From Squalus acanthias (lineage: Eukaryota), in the NCBI GenBank assembly GCA_030390025.1, contig CM059433.1, forward strand, positions 8,124,001-8,188,000: a DNA stretch of 64,000 nucleotides, given 5' to 3'. Positions 36,720-50,585 of the stretch are shown one piece after another; position 1 is the first letter of the stretch, and each line of letters begins with the position of its first letter. The translations under genes and the position numbers were made by a program. The notes below the pieces were generated by a model that was given only the letters and a program-made list of their open reading frames with translations, did no database searches and had not been told where the DNA came from.

Positions 36720-37560
36720 AGCTCTGTGGGAGCTGCACCATGTGGTGTGGTCCAGAGCCGTATAGACCAGGAAGGCCCCAGGTTTGATCACCTGATCTGT
36801 GCTGGGTCGACAGTGAGGCCCTACAATTGGAGCTCCAACGCAAGCTCGAGGAACAGCACCTCATTTTTGTATCAGGCACTTTACAGCCTTCTGGACTTAA
36901 CATCGAGTTCAACAATTTCAGACTATAAATTGGCCCCTGTATTTCTTTATATTTATTTTTTTCTCTTGTTTCCTCACATGGTAGCTGTTAATGTTGCTGC
37001 CATCATCATTCACACATCATCTCGAGCCATCTTTTGTTTCTTAACTTGTCCCATTACCTCTCCTTTTGCCTCGCACCATCATCCCTTTTGTCAGTCAATC
37101 TCTCCTGCCTTCCATCCTATCACAGACCTTCCCTTTGTTCTTTCCTCCCCTCCTCCCTGCCCCTGCTTAAAAATCTCTCCTCTCTAACCTTTTCCAGTTC
37201 TGACGAAGGGTCCCCCGACTCGAAACGTTGACTCTGTTTCTCTCTCCTTGATGCTGCCTGACCTGCTGAGCGTTTCCAGCACTTTTCTGTTGTTATTTCA
37301 GATTTCCAGCATCCGCAGTATTTTGCTATTGTACTACAACTGGGGCCTCTGCACCCTTAGTCTAAGGAGGGGGGAATTGATCAGGACTTGCTGCTGCTTG
37401 CCTTCCAGTGGTTCCCGCTGGAAGTGTATGGATACCTGGTAAAAAATAAGATCAAGTCTTCACTGTGAGATCGCCAGCAGTAAAATAGCAACCCCCTCAC
37501 CACTAGAATTAAACATGAAAACGGCTTCCATTAAATACTGAAGCTGGCGCTTAGCAATTC
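36720..37560 (+). mobile_element. Old SINE remnant split by a PLE
   Basis: gagccgtatagaccaggaaggccccaggtttgatc head, related to 38560-38660; resumes after 37333. Confidence 0.45.
36831..37332 (+). mobile_element. Penelope-like (P2) 3' fragment: GIY-YIG C-terminus, 3' UTR and hammerhead at 37196-37233
   Basis: QRKLEEQHLIFVSGTLQPSGLNIEFNNF; flanked by CTACAATTGG / CTACAACTGG. Confidence 0.85.
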
Positions 37561-37624
37561 CAACCCAAGCAAGTGACAGCATCTTACAAATATACATTTT
37601 GGTGAAGTCAGCCATCTTATGGTT

Positions 37625-38100
37625 CTGTAGAATGATACCGGGACTCGGAGGGTCGAGTTATGAGGACAGGTTGCATAAACTTGGCTTGTGTTCCCTTGAA
37701 CATAGCAGATTGAGGGGGTGATCTGATCAAGATGTTTAAGATGTTAAGAGGATTCGATAGGGTAGATGCAGAGAAACTATTTCCTCTGGCGGGGCAATCA
37801 AGCACGAGGGGACATAATCTTAAAATTAGAGCTAGGCCATTGAGCAGGGATATAAGGAAGCACTTTTTTTACACAAAGGGTAGTTGAAATCTGGGATTCT
37901 CTCTCCCCTAAAAATGCTGTGGATGCTGGGACAATTGGAGCTTTCAGGACTGGGGTCTATATACTTTTGTTAGGTAACGGTGGCAAGGCCTACGAGCTAA
38001 GGCAGGTAAATGGAATTGAGGTGCAGATTGACCATGACCTCATAGAATGGCGGAGCAGGCTCGAGGGGCTGAATGGCCTCCTCCTGGCTCCTATATCCCT
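37625..38100 (+). mobile_element. Older CR1 3' fragment
   Basis: Decayed RLRGDLI..FTQRVVEIW motifs and tail. Confidence 0.8.
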
Positions 38101-38660
38101 CTGTAGAACTGCAGCTTCAGATAACTGCGTATTGAACCACTGTACTGTTTCAGTTGAGCTGGCCCTGTTGAGTGAATGATGTTCCCGAGGAGTGTTACAT
38201 TCAAAGCTGATATTGTCGCTGCCACTCAACAATTACCCGCTATGTTTTTTTATTTTTGCCTAGTGTTTGTCAGTGTTTTTTGATTTACTGGAATGACATT
38301 GTCACGCAGCAGAAGTTTTCGAAAGCAGGGCCAGAGGAAATTAAATAAGTGACATCGATAAAATAATAAGTCAATAATAAAATAATCAGACTTTCTGTCA
38401 ATGCGCTTTGTTTTAAAAACAAGGAACAAATTCATACATTTGGAGAAATAACAGTCCCATCAGAAACAAATCATTGGAACTTCTATCCCTCTACAATCAT
38501 TTTCTTCGATGGTCGTGGGTTAAAACTTACAAAATATTTCTTCAAATATTTTTCCCTCAATAGCTCACTGAGTAGCTGTGCTGCCTGGTGTGGGATTGAG
38601 TCATATAGACCAGCAAAACCCCTAGTTTCCAGCTGTGATGAGAAGCCTAGCTCAGTTATG

Positions 38661-39228
38661 ATGCTGGGGATGTTGGCCTGAGCGAGAACACTGACGTTGG
38701 TGCGCCTATCCTGCCAATGGATTTGCAGGATCTTGCGGAGGCAGCGTTGGTGGTACTTCTCCAGTGCTTTGAGGTGCCTGCGGTACACGGGTCACATCGT
38801 CCACATGCCTGATACGAGACTCCCAAAGCAAGCGCTCTACTCGGAGCTCCGACACGGCAAGAGAGCCCCAGGTGGGCAGAGGAAACGCTTCAAGGACACC
38901 CTCAAAGCTTCCTTGAAAAAGTGCAACATCCCCACCGACACCTGGGAATCCCTGGCCCAAGACCGCACAAAGTGGAGGAGAAGCATCCGGGAAGGTACCG
39001 AACACCTCGAGTCTCTTCGCTGGGAGCAAGCGGAAGCCAAGCGCAAACAACGGAAGGAGCGCACGTCAACCCAAGCACCCCACCCACCCGCCCCCTTCAA
39101 CCACTGTCTGCCCCACCTGTGACAGAGACTGTAGGTCCCGCATTGGACTCATCAGTCACCTGAGAACTCATTTTTAGTGTGGAAGCAAGTCACCCTCGGT
39201 TCCGAGGGACTGCCTAAGAAGAAGAAGA
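38661..39228 (+). mobile_element. RTE (BovB-like) LINE 3' fragment with inverted 5' segment
   Basis: Sense GHIVHMPDTRLPKQALYSEL..KRFKDTLK and (GAA)n tail; antisense HQRCLRKILQIHWQDRRTN; TSD AGCTCAGTYATG. Confidence 0.9.
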
Positions 39229-39274
39229 AGCTCAGTCATGGTAGTGTGCAGACTCCGATTGACCGCACTCCAAG

Positions 39275-39480
39275 AAAAGAAAAATACTGCGGATGCTGGA
39301 AATCTGAGATAAAAACAGAAAATGCGGGAAATACACAGCAGGAGATCTGACAGGTTGCATAAACTTGGCTTGTATTCCCTCGAATAAGGTCATCGACCTG
39401 AAACGTTAACTCTGTTTCTCTCTCCGCTAATGCTGCCTGACCTGCTGAGTGTTTGCCAGTATTTTCTGGTTTTTATTTTT
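39275..39480. mobile_element. PLE (P2) ends in inverted arrangement with a short CR1 piece between them
   Basis: Antisense tactgcggatgctggaaatctg..cagcagg, then sense gacctgaaacgttaactctg..cctgctgag. Confidence 0.7.
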
Positions 39481-40589
39481 AATTGACAACACTCACTGTC
39501 CAGAATGAGATGGGCCACGATCACTTGGATGAGGTACGTCTGAGCCTTTAGAAGAGGAAGGGTGAGAGAGAAAATGAGAAGGAAACAATGGGACATGTTG
39601 CAGTCGAAAATATATTTAATATTTAGCCATAGAGGTACTTAAAACCCTGAACCCGGTAATGTAGTAGTAAATCTAAGTTAATATTGTCTACAAGTGAGAC
39701 TCTACTTTTCTGTACGTGATTTTGATGTTGTCTCTGCTGTCGTTACGTTTTGTGAAGAACAGGCTCCTTTCCAGCTCGTGCATTTGCACCATTGACTTTT
39801 ACAATTTAAGTATTGCTGCTGAACACTTATTAAAAATGCTCTGAGGTGTCAGTGCACAGGAGGATTGGTGCGAGGGTGTAAGATGTTGTCTATTGGTCCC
39901 TCCGCTGTACGAGTGTTGCCCCGCTCATTGAAAAAACAGGCGGATTCTTCCCCCCCAATCACGAACTCAATGGTAGTCTTTACCTAGGGAAGAGTCAGAG
40001 GAACCTGCACGTTCGACAGATGATTCCCCGAGAGCCTCCAGCAACAGTCTGGGTTAGCTTGGCACAAAGATATGCGGTAATCTTTATTGTGGTTTTTAAA
40101 ATTTATGACATTAATAGCACGGCGCCTGACTTGTACCGTTTGGAAAAAAATAAATTTAGATTCTCATTCCAGTCAAAGCAGACATGTTTTATGTTGCGTT
40201 TTTATTGGCATTCGCTTTATGTAATAGGTAGCATCATTAACTGTTATTGAATGTCATTAGTGCGGATGTTAGGTGGTGTAAAAAAACACAGATTTATATT
40301 CTGCGGAGGTTTCATTTCAGTCAAAGAAGAAGTATGCTTCCATCAGGGGCTGCAATGTCTGATCTGTGTACGTGCAGCAGGTAGTGCCTCGTGTACATGT
40401 ACAGTGTCTAACATGGGTTTGTATACAGTGCCTGATATATGGCAGAGCGGGCTCGAGGGGCCGAATGGCCTACTCCTGCTCCTATTTCTTTTATGTTCTT
40501 ATATGTATGTATAAAATGTCTAATACGTGTATCTGGACAGTCTGTGGTGTGTACATATGCAGCATCTGAAGTAGGTTATTTTTGATGTG

Positions 40590-41300
40590 TTTTTGTTTTG
40601 AATTCATTCTGGGTATGTGGGCTTCGCTGGCAAGGCAGGCATTTATTGCCTTGCATTGAGTTCAACAATTTCAGATCAGAACCACTGCACCCAATTTTTG
40701 GTCAGCAGGTGTTGGCAATGATTCTGCTATTCCCATTTCCACCTCCTCTAGAGCCATCTTTTGTCTCTGAACTTGTCCCATTACCATCTCCTTTTGCCTT
40801 GCACCATCATCCCTTTTGTCATTTAATCTCTCCTGCCTTCCAGCCAATCGTTCCTCCCCTTCCCCCCTTTCCCTGCCTATGTACTTGCTTAAAACCGGTT
40901 GCATCTCTAACTTTTCCAGTTCTGACGAAACATTAACTTTGTTTCTCTCTCCACAGATGCTGAGTATTTCCAGCATTTTCTGTTTTTATTCCAGATTTCC
41001 GGCATCCACAGTATTTTGCTTTTGATTTATTTCCCATCCCTAGTTGCCCTTGAGAAGGTGGAGGTGGGCCTTCTTCTCGAACTGCTGCAGTCCGTGTGGT
41101 GAATGTGCTCCCGCAACACTATTAGGCAGGGAATTCCAGGTTTTTGACTTAATGACAATGAAAGAATGGTCCTATATGTCCAAGTCAGGATGATGTGTGA
41201 CTCGGAGGTGATGGTATTCCTATGCACCGGCTGCTCTTGCCCTTCTGAGTGGTGGAGGACGCGGGTTTGGGAGGTGCTGCCAAAGAAGCCGTGGCGACTT
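40590..41300 (-). mobile_element. Diverged 3' end of the tRNA-headed LINE family, split by a plus-strand PLE (40651-41025)
   Basis: LINE tail homology on both sides; ATTTATTGCC / ATTTATTTCC at junctions; the PLE hammerhead has lost stem II. Confidence 0.75.
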
Positions 41301-41339
41301 GTGTGTATGCAACATCTGATGTATAAATAAACAACTCAT

Positions 41340-42540
41340 ATTTACCATAGCACCTTTAATGTAGTAAAGTCCCGTGGTGCTTAACGAAGGAGAAAAATGC
41401 ATTACTAATAGTGTTATGGGAGGTGAGTGAGGTGAAATTTACTAATAGTGTTATGGGAGGTGAGTGAGGTGAAATTTACTAATAGTGTTATGGGAGGTGA
41501 GTGAGGTGAAATTTACTAATAGTGTTATGGGAGGTGAGTGAGGTGAAATTTACTAATAGTGTTATGGGAGGTGAGTGAGGTGAAATTTACTAATAGTGTT
41601 ATGGGAGGTGAGTGAGGTGATATTTACTAATAGTGTTATGGGAGGTGAGTGAGGTGAAATTTACTAATAGTGTTATGGGAGGTGAGTGAGGTGAAATTTA
41701 CTAATAGTGTTATGGGAGGTGAGTGAGGTGTAATTTACTAATAGTGTTATGGGAGGTGAGTGAGGTGAAATTTACTAATAGTGTTATGGGAGGTGAGTGA
41801 GGTGAAATTTACTAATAGTGTTATGGGAGGTGAGTGAGGTGAAATTTACTAATAGTGTTATGGGAGGTGAGTGAGGTGATATTTACTAATAGTGTTATGG
41901 GAGGTGAGTGAGGTGATATTTACTAATAGTGTTATGGGAGGTGAGTGAGGTGATATTTACTAATAGTGTTATGGGAGGTGAGTGAGGTGATATTTACTAA
42001 TAGTGTTATGGGAGGTGAGTGAGGTGTAATTTACTAATAGTGTTATGGGAGGTGAGTGAGGTGAAATTTACTAATAGTGTTATGGGAGGTGAGTGAGGTG
42101 AAATCTCCGACGAGTCGGGCAAAAATGGTTGACGGCTCTGCCACCAAAGTTGAAGTGGAGGGGGAGAACGCGCAGCAGGCCAGTGTCAGGAGAATGGAAG
42201 ACATACACTGCCACATCGGGTTGTAGGAGGTTTGCAAATGCAAGGCGCAAGGCCATGGAGGGATTTTGAAAATAAGGAAGAGAATTTCGAATTCAGTGCC
42301 ATAACGGAGGGCAGTGGAGGTTGGTTAGAACAGGGGAGATGGATGAGTAAGACTTAGTGTGGTGTAGGATGCAAATGGTGGAAGTTAGGCTGTTGAAATT
42401 TGGGTAGGGTGAAGTTCAAGAGGCTATCGAAGAGAATGTTGAAGAAGGCAAGCCTGGAGGTGTGGAAGGGGGTTTGAGCAGAGGTGGGGATGAGGTAAGG
42501 GCAGAAGCAGGCTTTGTTGCGGACGTGTAAATAGGTGGTT
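41340..42540 (-). mobile_element. Old L2 remnant hosting a minisatellite
   Basis: atagcacctttaatgtagtaaa tail; aaggccatggagggattttgaaaataagg matches the younger L2 copies. Confidence 0.55.
41402..42104. repeat. 37-bp minisatellite, ~19 copies
   Basis: Unit TTTACTAATAGTGTTATGGGAGGTGAGTGAGGTGAAA, varying only at GAAA/GATA/GTAA. Confidence 0.97.
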
Positions 42541-43815
42541 AAATGCCACATCCATGGTACTTCCCTACTGTGAACCAGCGGTATCAACAGAGCAGAACTA
42601 CTCAAGCCATAGTCATGAATTTGATAAACTGAATCCAAGTAACAGCATCCAAGTCTAGGTTCAAAGTATAGAACTCAGAACAATGATCCCCTTCTAAATA
42701 TATCATCTAAGAGATAGAATGTCACATGTCACTGTGGGTACTACCTTTGAGTGCCTTATTGATCGATGGCATATTAGATTAATACCGATCAAGCCATGAC
42801 TCAATACTGGCTTCCTGAGGGAGGCTTTCAACATGTTACTTTATAAAGCTATGTATAAATCTAATTAAGCCAGGAGAATGCCATTACATTTATCAGATCT
42901 TTTCAGTCTTGAAAGATCCCTGTTTCCACTCAATTTACAAATTCCCTAAAGCTGTGTTATTGGATATACCATCGCCCTATGTCCCTGTTCCCTGCATCCT
43001 GACAGAATATTACATGAGGTGTGTGGCATCCTGGATATAGCAACAATAGGCTAAGGAGTTTGTTGACAGAAAGAGATGGGCTGGTATTAATAGTAGTGGT
43101 CATTTGAAATAGTTTAATATTTTCTTATAAAATAGCAAATCAGAGGCAGAATCAGAACAAAAGTATAAGTTGAAGGCCTTTAGAGAGTGATGGTAACCTG
43201 ACTGATGAGATCAGGTAACGTAATATTGATGAATATGTGTTAAAATTATCTTTGCAATAAGACATACAACTGTTATTACAGCAACTCTAACTGGCCATGT
43301 AGATTTATTCAAAAATGAACTTCTGTTTAACTTTCTAACAGAGAGTGAGAGAGAAAGAAATAATGTGAAAGTCAGGCAAACAGAGAAATACATGGATAAT
43401 AATGAGACAACATGTGTGAGCCACACAGAAAGAGAGACAAAGAGACTCCCCTCCGTTATCGTGTCCCCAAATGGGGTGTGGGATAGTGGCACAGACTGCA
43501 GGAAAATCAGGGGGTGAGACCTATCGCTGTCTTCTTGCCCTGACCTCGAGTTCCCTCCCACCCGCCCAGCCGGGAAAGCCACCAACCACCCCTTCGCCAC
43601 CTGTCACATATGACCGATGGCGGAAGTGGGGCCCAGCAAACCATCCGACCTCCTCCTTACTGCCGCTGATACTGCCAGACCCAGGGACCGCCAGGAAACA
43701 GGTGGTGATAGTCCACGGAGGAGCACTGACAAGCCCTCTTCTTGATTGGTTGGAAGGTTCCATAATAGCCCCAAAACCTTACTTGTTGCAAGCCTTGTTC
43801 CAGTCCAAGGCTTTT

Positions 43816-44139
43816 AAAGAAAGACTTGCATTTATATAGCGCCTTTCACGATCACCGGACGTCTCAAAGCGCTTTACAGCCAATGAAGTACTATTTGAAG
43901 TGGAGTCACTGTTTTAATGTGGGAAATGTGGCAGCCAATCTGCCCACAGCAAGCTCCCACAAACAGCAATGTGATAATGACCAGATAATCTGTTTTTGTT
44001 ATGTTGATTGAGGGATAAGTATTGGCCAGGACACCGGGGATAACTCCCCTGCTCTTCTTCGAAATAGTGCCTTGGGATCTTTTACGTCCACCTGAGAGGG
44101 CAGACGGGGCCTCGGTTTAACATCTCCTCTGAAAGACGA
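43816..44139 (-). mobile_element. 5'-truncated SacSINE1-like SINE, followed by (TG)n at ~44155-44190
   Basis: Homology to 32317-32650. Confidence 0.85.
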
Positions 44140-44153
44140 GTGTGTATATATGT

Positions 44154-44191
<38 letters not shown>

Positions 44192-45642
44192 TTCTGTGTG
44201 TGTGTCCACCTACTCTGGGAATGCTGGATGGGACAGTGCAGAGAGAGCTTCACTCTTTGTCTAAACGATGCTGTACCTACCCTGGGAGAGTTTCATGGGA
44301 CCGTGTAGAAAAATGTGATATACTCTCCGAGGCTTTTTTGCCCTTTAATTTTGAGTCCACCTCTTCTGGTGCTGCAGCAAGTATCCTTTCTCATGGCAGG
44401 CTCCTTCTTGGCGGTGAGGGTTCTGCTGGGAGCCTGTCCTACATAAATAATCAGCCTTGACCCAAACAACACAAATAGGCTCCGTGCTAGAATAAAAGTT
44501 CATACCAGAACACTGGTCCTTGATCTAGAATGAAAGGGTTTATATCAGAGCAGTTTGAGAATAAAAAAGGGAAATATTCTATTTTTCTACTCAAGCCATA
44601 AAGCCTTGCCCCTGAGAACTCATATCAAGAACAGACTGAAAATCTGAGTCTTTTTGTGTCTGTGATATACAGTCTCGGTGGGCAAGACTTCATGCCTGGC
44701 TTGAAAGTAAGAAATGTACTCAACAGTGTTCATATTATAACAGTGGTCCCTAGTCTAGAATAAAAGTTACAAAGGAACTTAGATCTTGTATTGATAGATA
44801 TATGATAGAATTTCACGTTAAGTTTGAGAGTGACTTGCTTAAGTCCGAAACTAGAGTCTTAAACTTAAATAAAGCCAATTACATAGGTATGACGGGTGAG
44901 TTGGCTAAGGTAGATTGGAAAAATAGATTAAAAGGTATGGCGGTAGATAAACAGTGGCTAGCATTTAAAGACATATTTCATAATTCTCAACAAAAATACA
45001 TTCCATTGAGAAACAAAACCTCCACGGGCAAAGTGATCCATCCGTGGCTAACTAAAGAAGTTAAGGATAACATTAGACTGAAAGAAGAAGCTTATAATGT
45101 TGCAAAGAATAGTAGTAAGCCTGAGGATTGGGAGAGTTTCAGAAACCAGCAAAGGATGACCAAAAAATTGATAAAAAGGGAAAAAAATAGAATGAAAGAA
45201 AACTAGCAAGAAATATAAAAACAGATTGTAAGAGCTTCTACAAGTATATAAAAAGGAAGAGAGTAACAAAAGTAAACATTGGTCCCTTAGAGGCTGAGAC
45301 AGGAGAAATTATTATGGGGAATAAGGAAATGGCAGAAATGTTAAACAAATGATTTGTATCTGTCTTCACAGTAGAAGACACAAAAAGCATACCAAAAATG
45401 GTAGGGAACCAAGGGTCTAATGAGGGTGAGGAACATAACGTAATTAATATAAGTAGAGAAAAAGTACTAGAGAAACTAATGGGACTAAAAGCTGACAAAT
45501 CCCCTGGACCTGACGGCCTACATCCTAGGGTTCTAAAAGAGGTGGCTGCAGAAATAGTCGATGCATTGGTTTAGATCTTCCAAAATTCCCTAGATTCTAG
45601 AACGCTCCCAGCGGATTGGAAGGCAGCAAATATACATAACAT

Positions 45643-46661
45643 AATCATCACAGCCCCAGGACATCGCTGCAGGAGTTCCTCAGGGCAGTGTCCTAGGCCC
45701 AACCATCTTCAGCTGTTTCATCAATGACCTTCCCTCCAACATAAGGTCAGAAATGGGGATGTTCGCTGATGACTGCACAGTATTCAGTGCCATTCACAAC
45801 TCCTCAGATAATGAAGCAGTCCATGCCTGCATGTAACAAGACCTGGACGACGTTCAGGCTTGGGCTGATAAGTGGCAGGTAACATTCGCGCCACAGAAGT
45901 GCCAGGCAATGACTATCTCCAACAAGCGAGAGTCTAACTACCGCCCCTTGATATTCAACGGCATTACCATCGCCGAATCCCCCACCATCAACATCCTGGG
46001 GGTCATCATTGACCAGAAACTTAACTGGACCAGCCACATAAATACTGTGGCAACAAGAGCAGGTCAGAGGCTAGGTATTCTGCGGCGAGTGTCTCACCTC
46101 CTGACTCCCCAAAGCCTTTCTACCACCTACAAGGCACAAGTAAGGAGTGTGATGAATACTCTCCACTTGCCTGGATGAGTGCAGCTCCAACAACACTCAA
46201 GAAGCTCGACACCATACAGGACAAAGCAGCCCGCTTGATTGGCATCCCATCCACCACCTTCAACATTCACCCCCTCCACCGTACCGTGGCTGCAGTGTGT
46301 ACCATCTACAAGATGCACTGCAGCAACTCGCCAAGGCCTCTTCGGCAGCACCTCCCAAACCTACGACCTCTTCCACCTAGAAGGACAAGGGCAGCAGGCG
46401 CATGGGAACACCACCACCTCCAAGTTCCCCTCCAAATCACACACCATCCTGACTTAGAAGTACATCACCAATCCACAATCGTCGCTGGGTCAAAATCCTG
46501 GAACTCCCTCCCTAACAGCACTGTGGGAGTACCTTCACCACACGGACTGCAGCAGTTCAAGAAGGCGGCTCACCACCACCTTCTTAAGGGCAATTAGGGA
46601 TGGGCAATAAATGCTGGCCTTGCCAGCGACGCCCACATCCCATAAACAAATATAAAAAAAA
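45643..46661 (+). mobile_element. 3' ~1 kb of the tRNA-headed LINE family
   Basis: Matches 22470-23473. Confidence 0.93.
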
Positions 46662-46662
46662 T

Positions 46663-48038
46663 ACATAGGATTACTTAGGAGATACGGCACAGAAACAGGC
46701 CATTCAACCCAACCAGTCCGTGCCGGCGTTTATGCTCCACTCGAGCCACCTCCCGTTTTTCCTCATCTGAATCTATCAGCATAACCCTCTATTCTTTTTT
46801 CCCTCATATGCTTGTCTAGCCTCCCCTTAAATGCATCTATACTATTCGCTTCAACCACTCCCTGTGGTAGCGAGTTCCACATTCTCACCACTCTTTGGGT
46901 AAAGAAGTTTCTTCTGAATTCCCAATTGGATTTCTTGGTGACTATCTTATATTGATGGCCTCTAGTTATGCTCTTCCACACAAGTGGAAACATTCTCTCT
47001 GTAACCACTCTATCAAAATCTGTCATAATTTTAAAGACCTCTATTAGGTCACCCCTCAGCCTTCTTTTTTTCAAGAGAAAAGAGACTCAGCCTGTCATCC
47101 TTTCCTGATATGTATACCCTTGCATTTCTGGTATCATCCTTGTAAATCTTCTCTGCACCCTCTCCAGTGCCTCTATATCCTTTTTTATAATATGGCAACC
47201 AGAACTGTGCGCAGTACTCTAAGTGTGGTCTAACCAAGGTTTGATACAGGATTAGCATAACTTCCCTACTTTTCAATTCTATCCTTCTAGAAATAAACCC
47301 TAGTGCTTGGATTGCTTTTTTTCATGGCGTTGCTAACCTGTGTCGCAACTTTTATTGATTTGTGTATTTGTACTCCTAGATCCCTTTGTTCTCTACCCCA
47401 CCTAGACTCGCACCCTCCAAGTGATAAGTGACCTCTCTATTCCTCCTACCAAAATGTAATACCTCACATTTATCTGTTTTGAACTTCATTTGCCAATTAT
47501 ATGCCCTCTCTGCAAAATTATTAATGTCCTCCTGTAACTTGTTGCAGTCCTCCTCAGTATTGACTATCCCCCCCGAATTTGGTGTCATCCGCAAATTTAG
47601 AAATTGTGTTATTGATTCCTAAGTCTAAATCTTTAATGTAAATTGTGAACAGCAGTGGTCCCAGCACTGATCCTTGTGGAACACCACTACCCACCTTCTG
47701 CCACTGTGAATAGCTACCCTTTACTCCTACTCTCTGCTTTCTGTCCTGAAGCCAGCCAGCAATGCATTCTGCTACTTGTCCCCTGACTCCGCATTCTGTG
47801 ACCTTGTTCTTCAGTTTATTATGGGGTACCTTATCGAAGACCTTTTGAAAATCCAGATAAATTACATCTACTGCATTACCAGTATCTACTCTCTCTGTTA
47901 CCTCTTCAAAAAATTCAATAAGGTTGGTCAAGCAAGACTTTCCCTTTTGAAATCCATGTTGACTATTCATTATTATATTTTTGGTTTCTAGATGTTCTTC
48001 TATTTTCTCCTTTAGTAGGGATTCCATTATTTTTCCTA
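46663..48038 (-). mobile_element. CR1 RT 3' fragment (different subfamily)
   Basis: ORFs 47554-48027, 47049-47276 and 46763-47074. Confidence 0.93.
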
Positions 48039-48286
48039 TCAGAACTACAGGGGACTACAGGCCAGTTAGCCTGACATTAGTAGTAGGGAAAATGCTGGAA
48101 TCCATTGTTAAGGAAGTGGCATCAGGGCACTTAGAAAATCATAACATGATTAGGCAGAGTCAACATGGTTTTATGAAAGGTAAATCTTGTTTGACAAATT
48201 TATTAGAGTTTTTTGAGGATGTAACTAGCAGGGTAGATAAAGAGGAACCAGTGGATGTAGTATATTTGGATTTCCAAAAGGCATTC

Positions 48287-50585
48287 TGTGAAGGAATAGC
48301 CATATTCAGAAAAATACACCATCCTATGAACAGAATTCTAGCTTTATTAAACATGACAAACTGGGTTTAAAAATCTAAAAGCCTCAACGACACAAAGCTG
48401 TAAACACCATACAAGCTTTTGAGATAAGATGGGTTGTTGACACTGAAACAATAGCCCTATTGAAGCAACAGGTTGGGGGTTCCAAAAAGTCTGCAGATTG
48501 GAAAACAGACAATGATATACCCAGTTAAATTGTTTTAAACCAACACTTTGTAAACAGGCACATGAAAAAGCATAATGGTATAATGTTAAGGTGTCATAAA
48601 CCAACACTTCGGGAAACAGAAACACAGAACATTAAAGAAACATATGCCTTCATAAATATGACATCAAATGAAAGACAGGAGACATAATTCTTAATGCAAC
48701 CAACTGAGGTGGCTAGGGGGACAATGGTGCATCTGGTTGAAGTGTTTTTAATTTACATGTTGTAAAAAGATACAAACAGAAGACTTTCATACATATGACA
48801 TTAATAGATGCGCCAAGCAATCACATTGTTTTTGTGTTGAACTTGGAACACATAGGAGACATGGGGCAGAATTTTTATTGACCCGTGGAGGCAGGTTTGG
48901 AAGCGTGTGGGGTGGGAAAATAGCAGATTTGGGGGTCCTGAACCCATCCCGCCCCCAACCTGCCTCCATGCCAGTTTCGCTGGAGGCGGGTACCCGACCT
49001 GTGCTGGGACCCGCCTCCCCGAGGCGGGAAGGGGATTAGTGACAATTAACTGCCTGTTAACAGGTAGTTAACAGGCAGTTTGTTGCCTAATCCCTATTTT
49101 TAGCCTTGAAGTGTGGGCTACCCGATGGCTCCAAACCATGCCGTTTTAGCAAGGCGGACCATGGGTCTGCAGGGGTTGGAGGGGTCGATATGAGTGATGG
49201 GTGCATGTGTGCAGAGGTAAGTGTGTAAGGTAAGTGTAAAGTGTGGAAAAAAGTTTTACTTACCTTAACTTCCTCCTGCAGGTGTCAGCCCTTCAGGTCT
49301 CGGGAGTCAGAAATCTCACCGGCACAGAAAGCAGAATTGCCGTTGAGCTGTCAAAAGCTGCAGCCTCTGCTTTTTGTTCTGCAGAGATCTCTAAATCAGC
49401 CTGAGAGGAAGGAATTAACTTAGAGTACAGATTGTCAGTGTTTGACAGCTTCAAAGAGCTGTCAAGCGCTGATATTTCATCTGTCAAAAGCTCTTGACAG
49501 ATGAAATGTCAATCTGTGACATCACCTGTTGCTGGGTGGCCCTTAATTGGCCTGCTGAGCCCGCTGGGCGGGCTCAAGAAGGTCAATCAAGGGAAAATCG
49601 AGTGGGTTGGCCACAACTCGATGGAGGCGGGTCTACAACCCCAAAAGTGGGAGTCCTACCTCCTGCTCGCCTCCATTGATAAAATCCAGCCCATGAAGTC
49701 TCCTTACAACCAGCTGAGGTGACTTAAGAATTGAACAGGAGACCTTCGTAAAAATGACATCAAATAGAACCACTGCTGTCACATTGTTTTTATGATAAGT
49801 TTTGATAAGTTTTGAACACCTAAACATGATTCTTAATGCTAACAGCTGAACTGACTGTAAGAATAGCAGGGGTCAACAGAAAGATGACTAGAGATAATTA
49901 GCTTACATGAGGAGAAAACTTCAAAGGATATACCACTGAAAAAAGGGTATAAAATATAGAACTTTCAAATAGGAAGACAGAATTCGCTGGAAGGGGCAAG
50001 CGATTCTCAGCTTCAGAGACAGGCTCTGAAAGCCTACAACTCTTTGAGTCTCGGGTAATCAAAGGTATTTTGATTTTGGTGGATATCCTGGAATAAGACT
50101 TAGAAATGTAAAAATGTAACGATGTTAAGATTTGAGAATAAGGATCTCTGAGAATAAGAATTGTAAGCTATTTGTTTTTGGAATTGTTAAAGTTGCGATT
50201 GAATCACCAGCTGTAATTACATGTCGGTTCTTTAATAAATCTATATTTTTAGAATTATCTCACATAGTACTTCTGTATCAAACTCGCAAACTCAATCTCT
50301 GTACACTCTTTGGTGAGGAGTTGCAGAATTCTGGGGGAGTTTTCCGGACCCTCATAATATCCGGAAGGTTACAGTCTAGCTAAACTTATTAAAAGTGCTA
50401 TCTGGAGGACAGTAACATCTTCAGGTCGTTCCTTTCCTTTAGGGAGAGATAGTCTGGACCTTTAGATCCAAATAAGCGTCTTCTAGGATTCGGCTATCTC
50501 TAACTTTAGTTGAAGGTGAACGTCTGGGGAATACGCCTGATCCGGGGTGGCCCGAAAAGGGCTAGGACTAGTAATTATCCCTTCA
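48287..50585 (+). mobile_element. Solo LTR (~1.47 kb after removing the nested MITE)
   Basis: TG...CA ends with short inverted repeat TGTGAAGG / CCTTCA; 4-bp TSD ATTC (48283-48286, 50586-50589) splitting the CR1 KAF/DKVPH motif; TATAAAA at 49948; AATAAA at 50234. Confidence 0.8.
48864..49692. mobile_element. Harbinger-type MITE nested in the LTR
   Basis: TIRs GGGCAGAATTTTTATTGA / TTGATAAAATCCAGCCC; TSD ATG. Confidence 0.82.

Noticed and set aside
41402..42104. 37-bp repeats of CRISPR-like length
   Set aside because: Head-to-tail with no unique spacers, no cas genes, vertebrate context
42540..43220. Possible very old L1/Tx1 remnant (GGFN-like motif)
   Set aside because: Too degraded to support by eye
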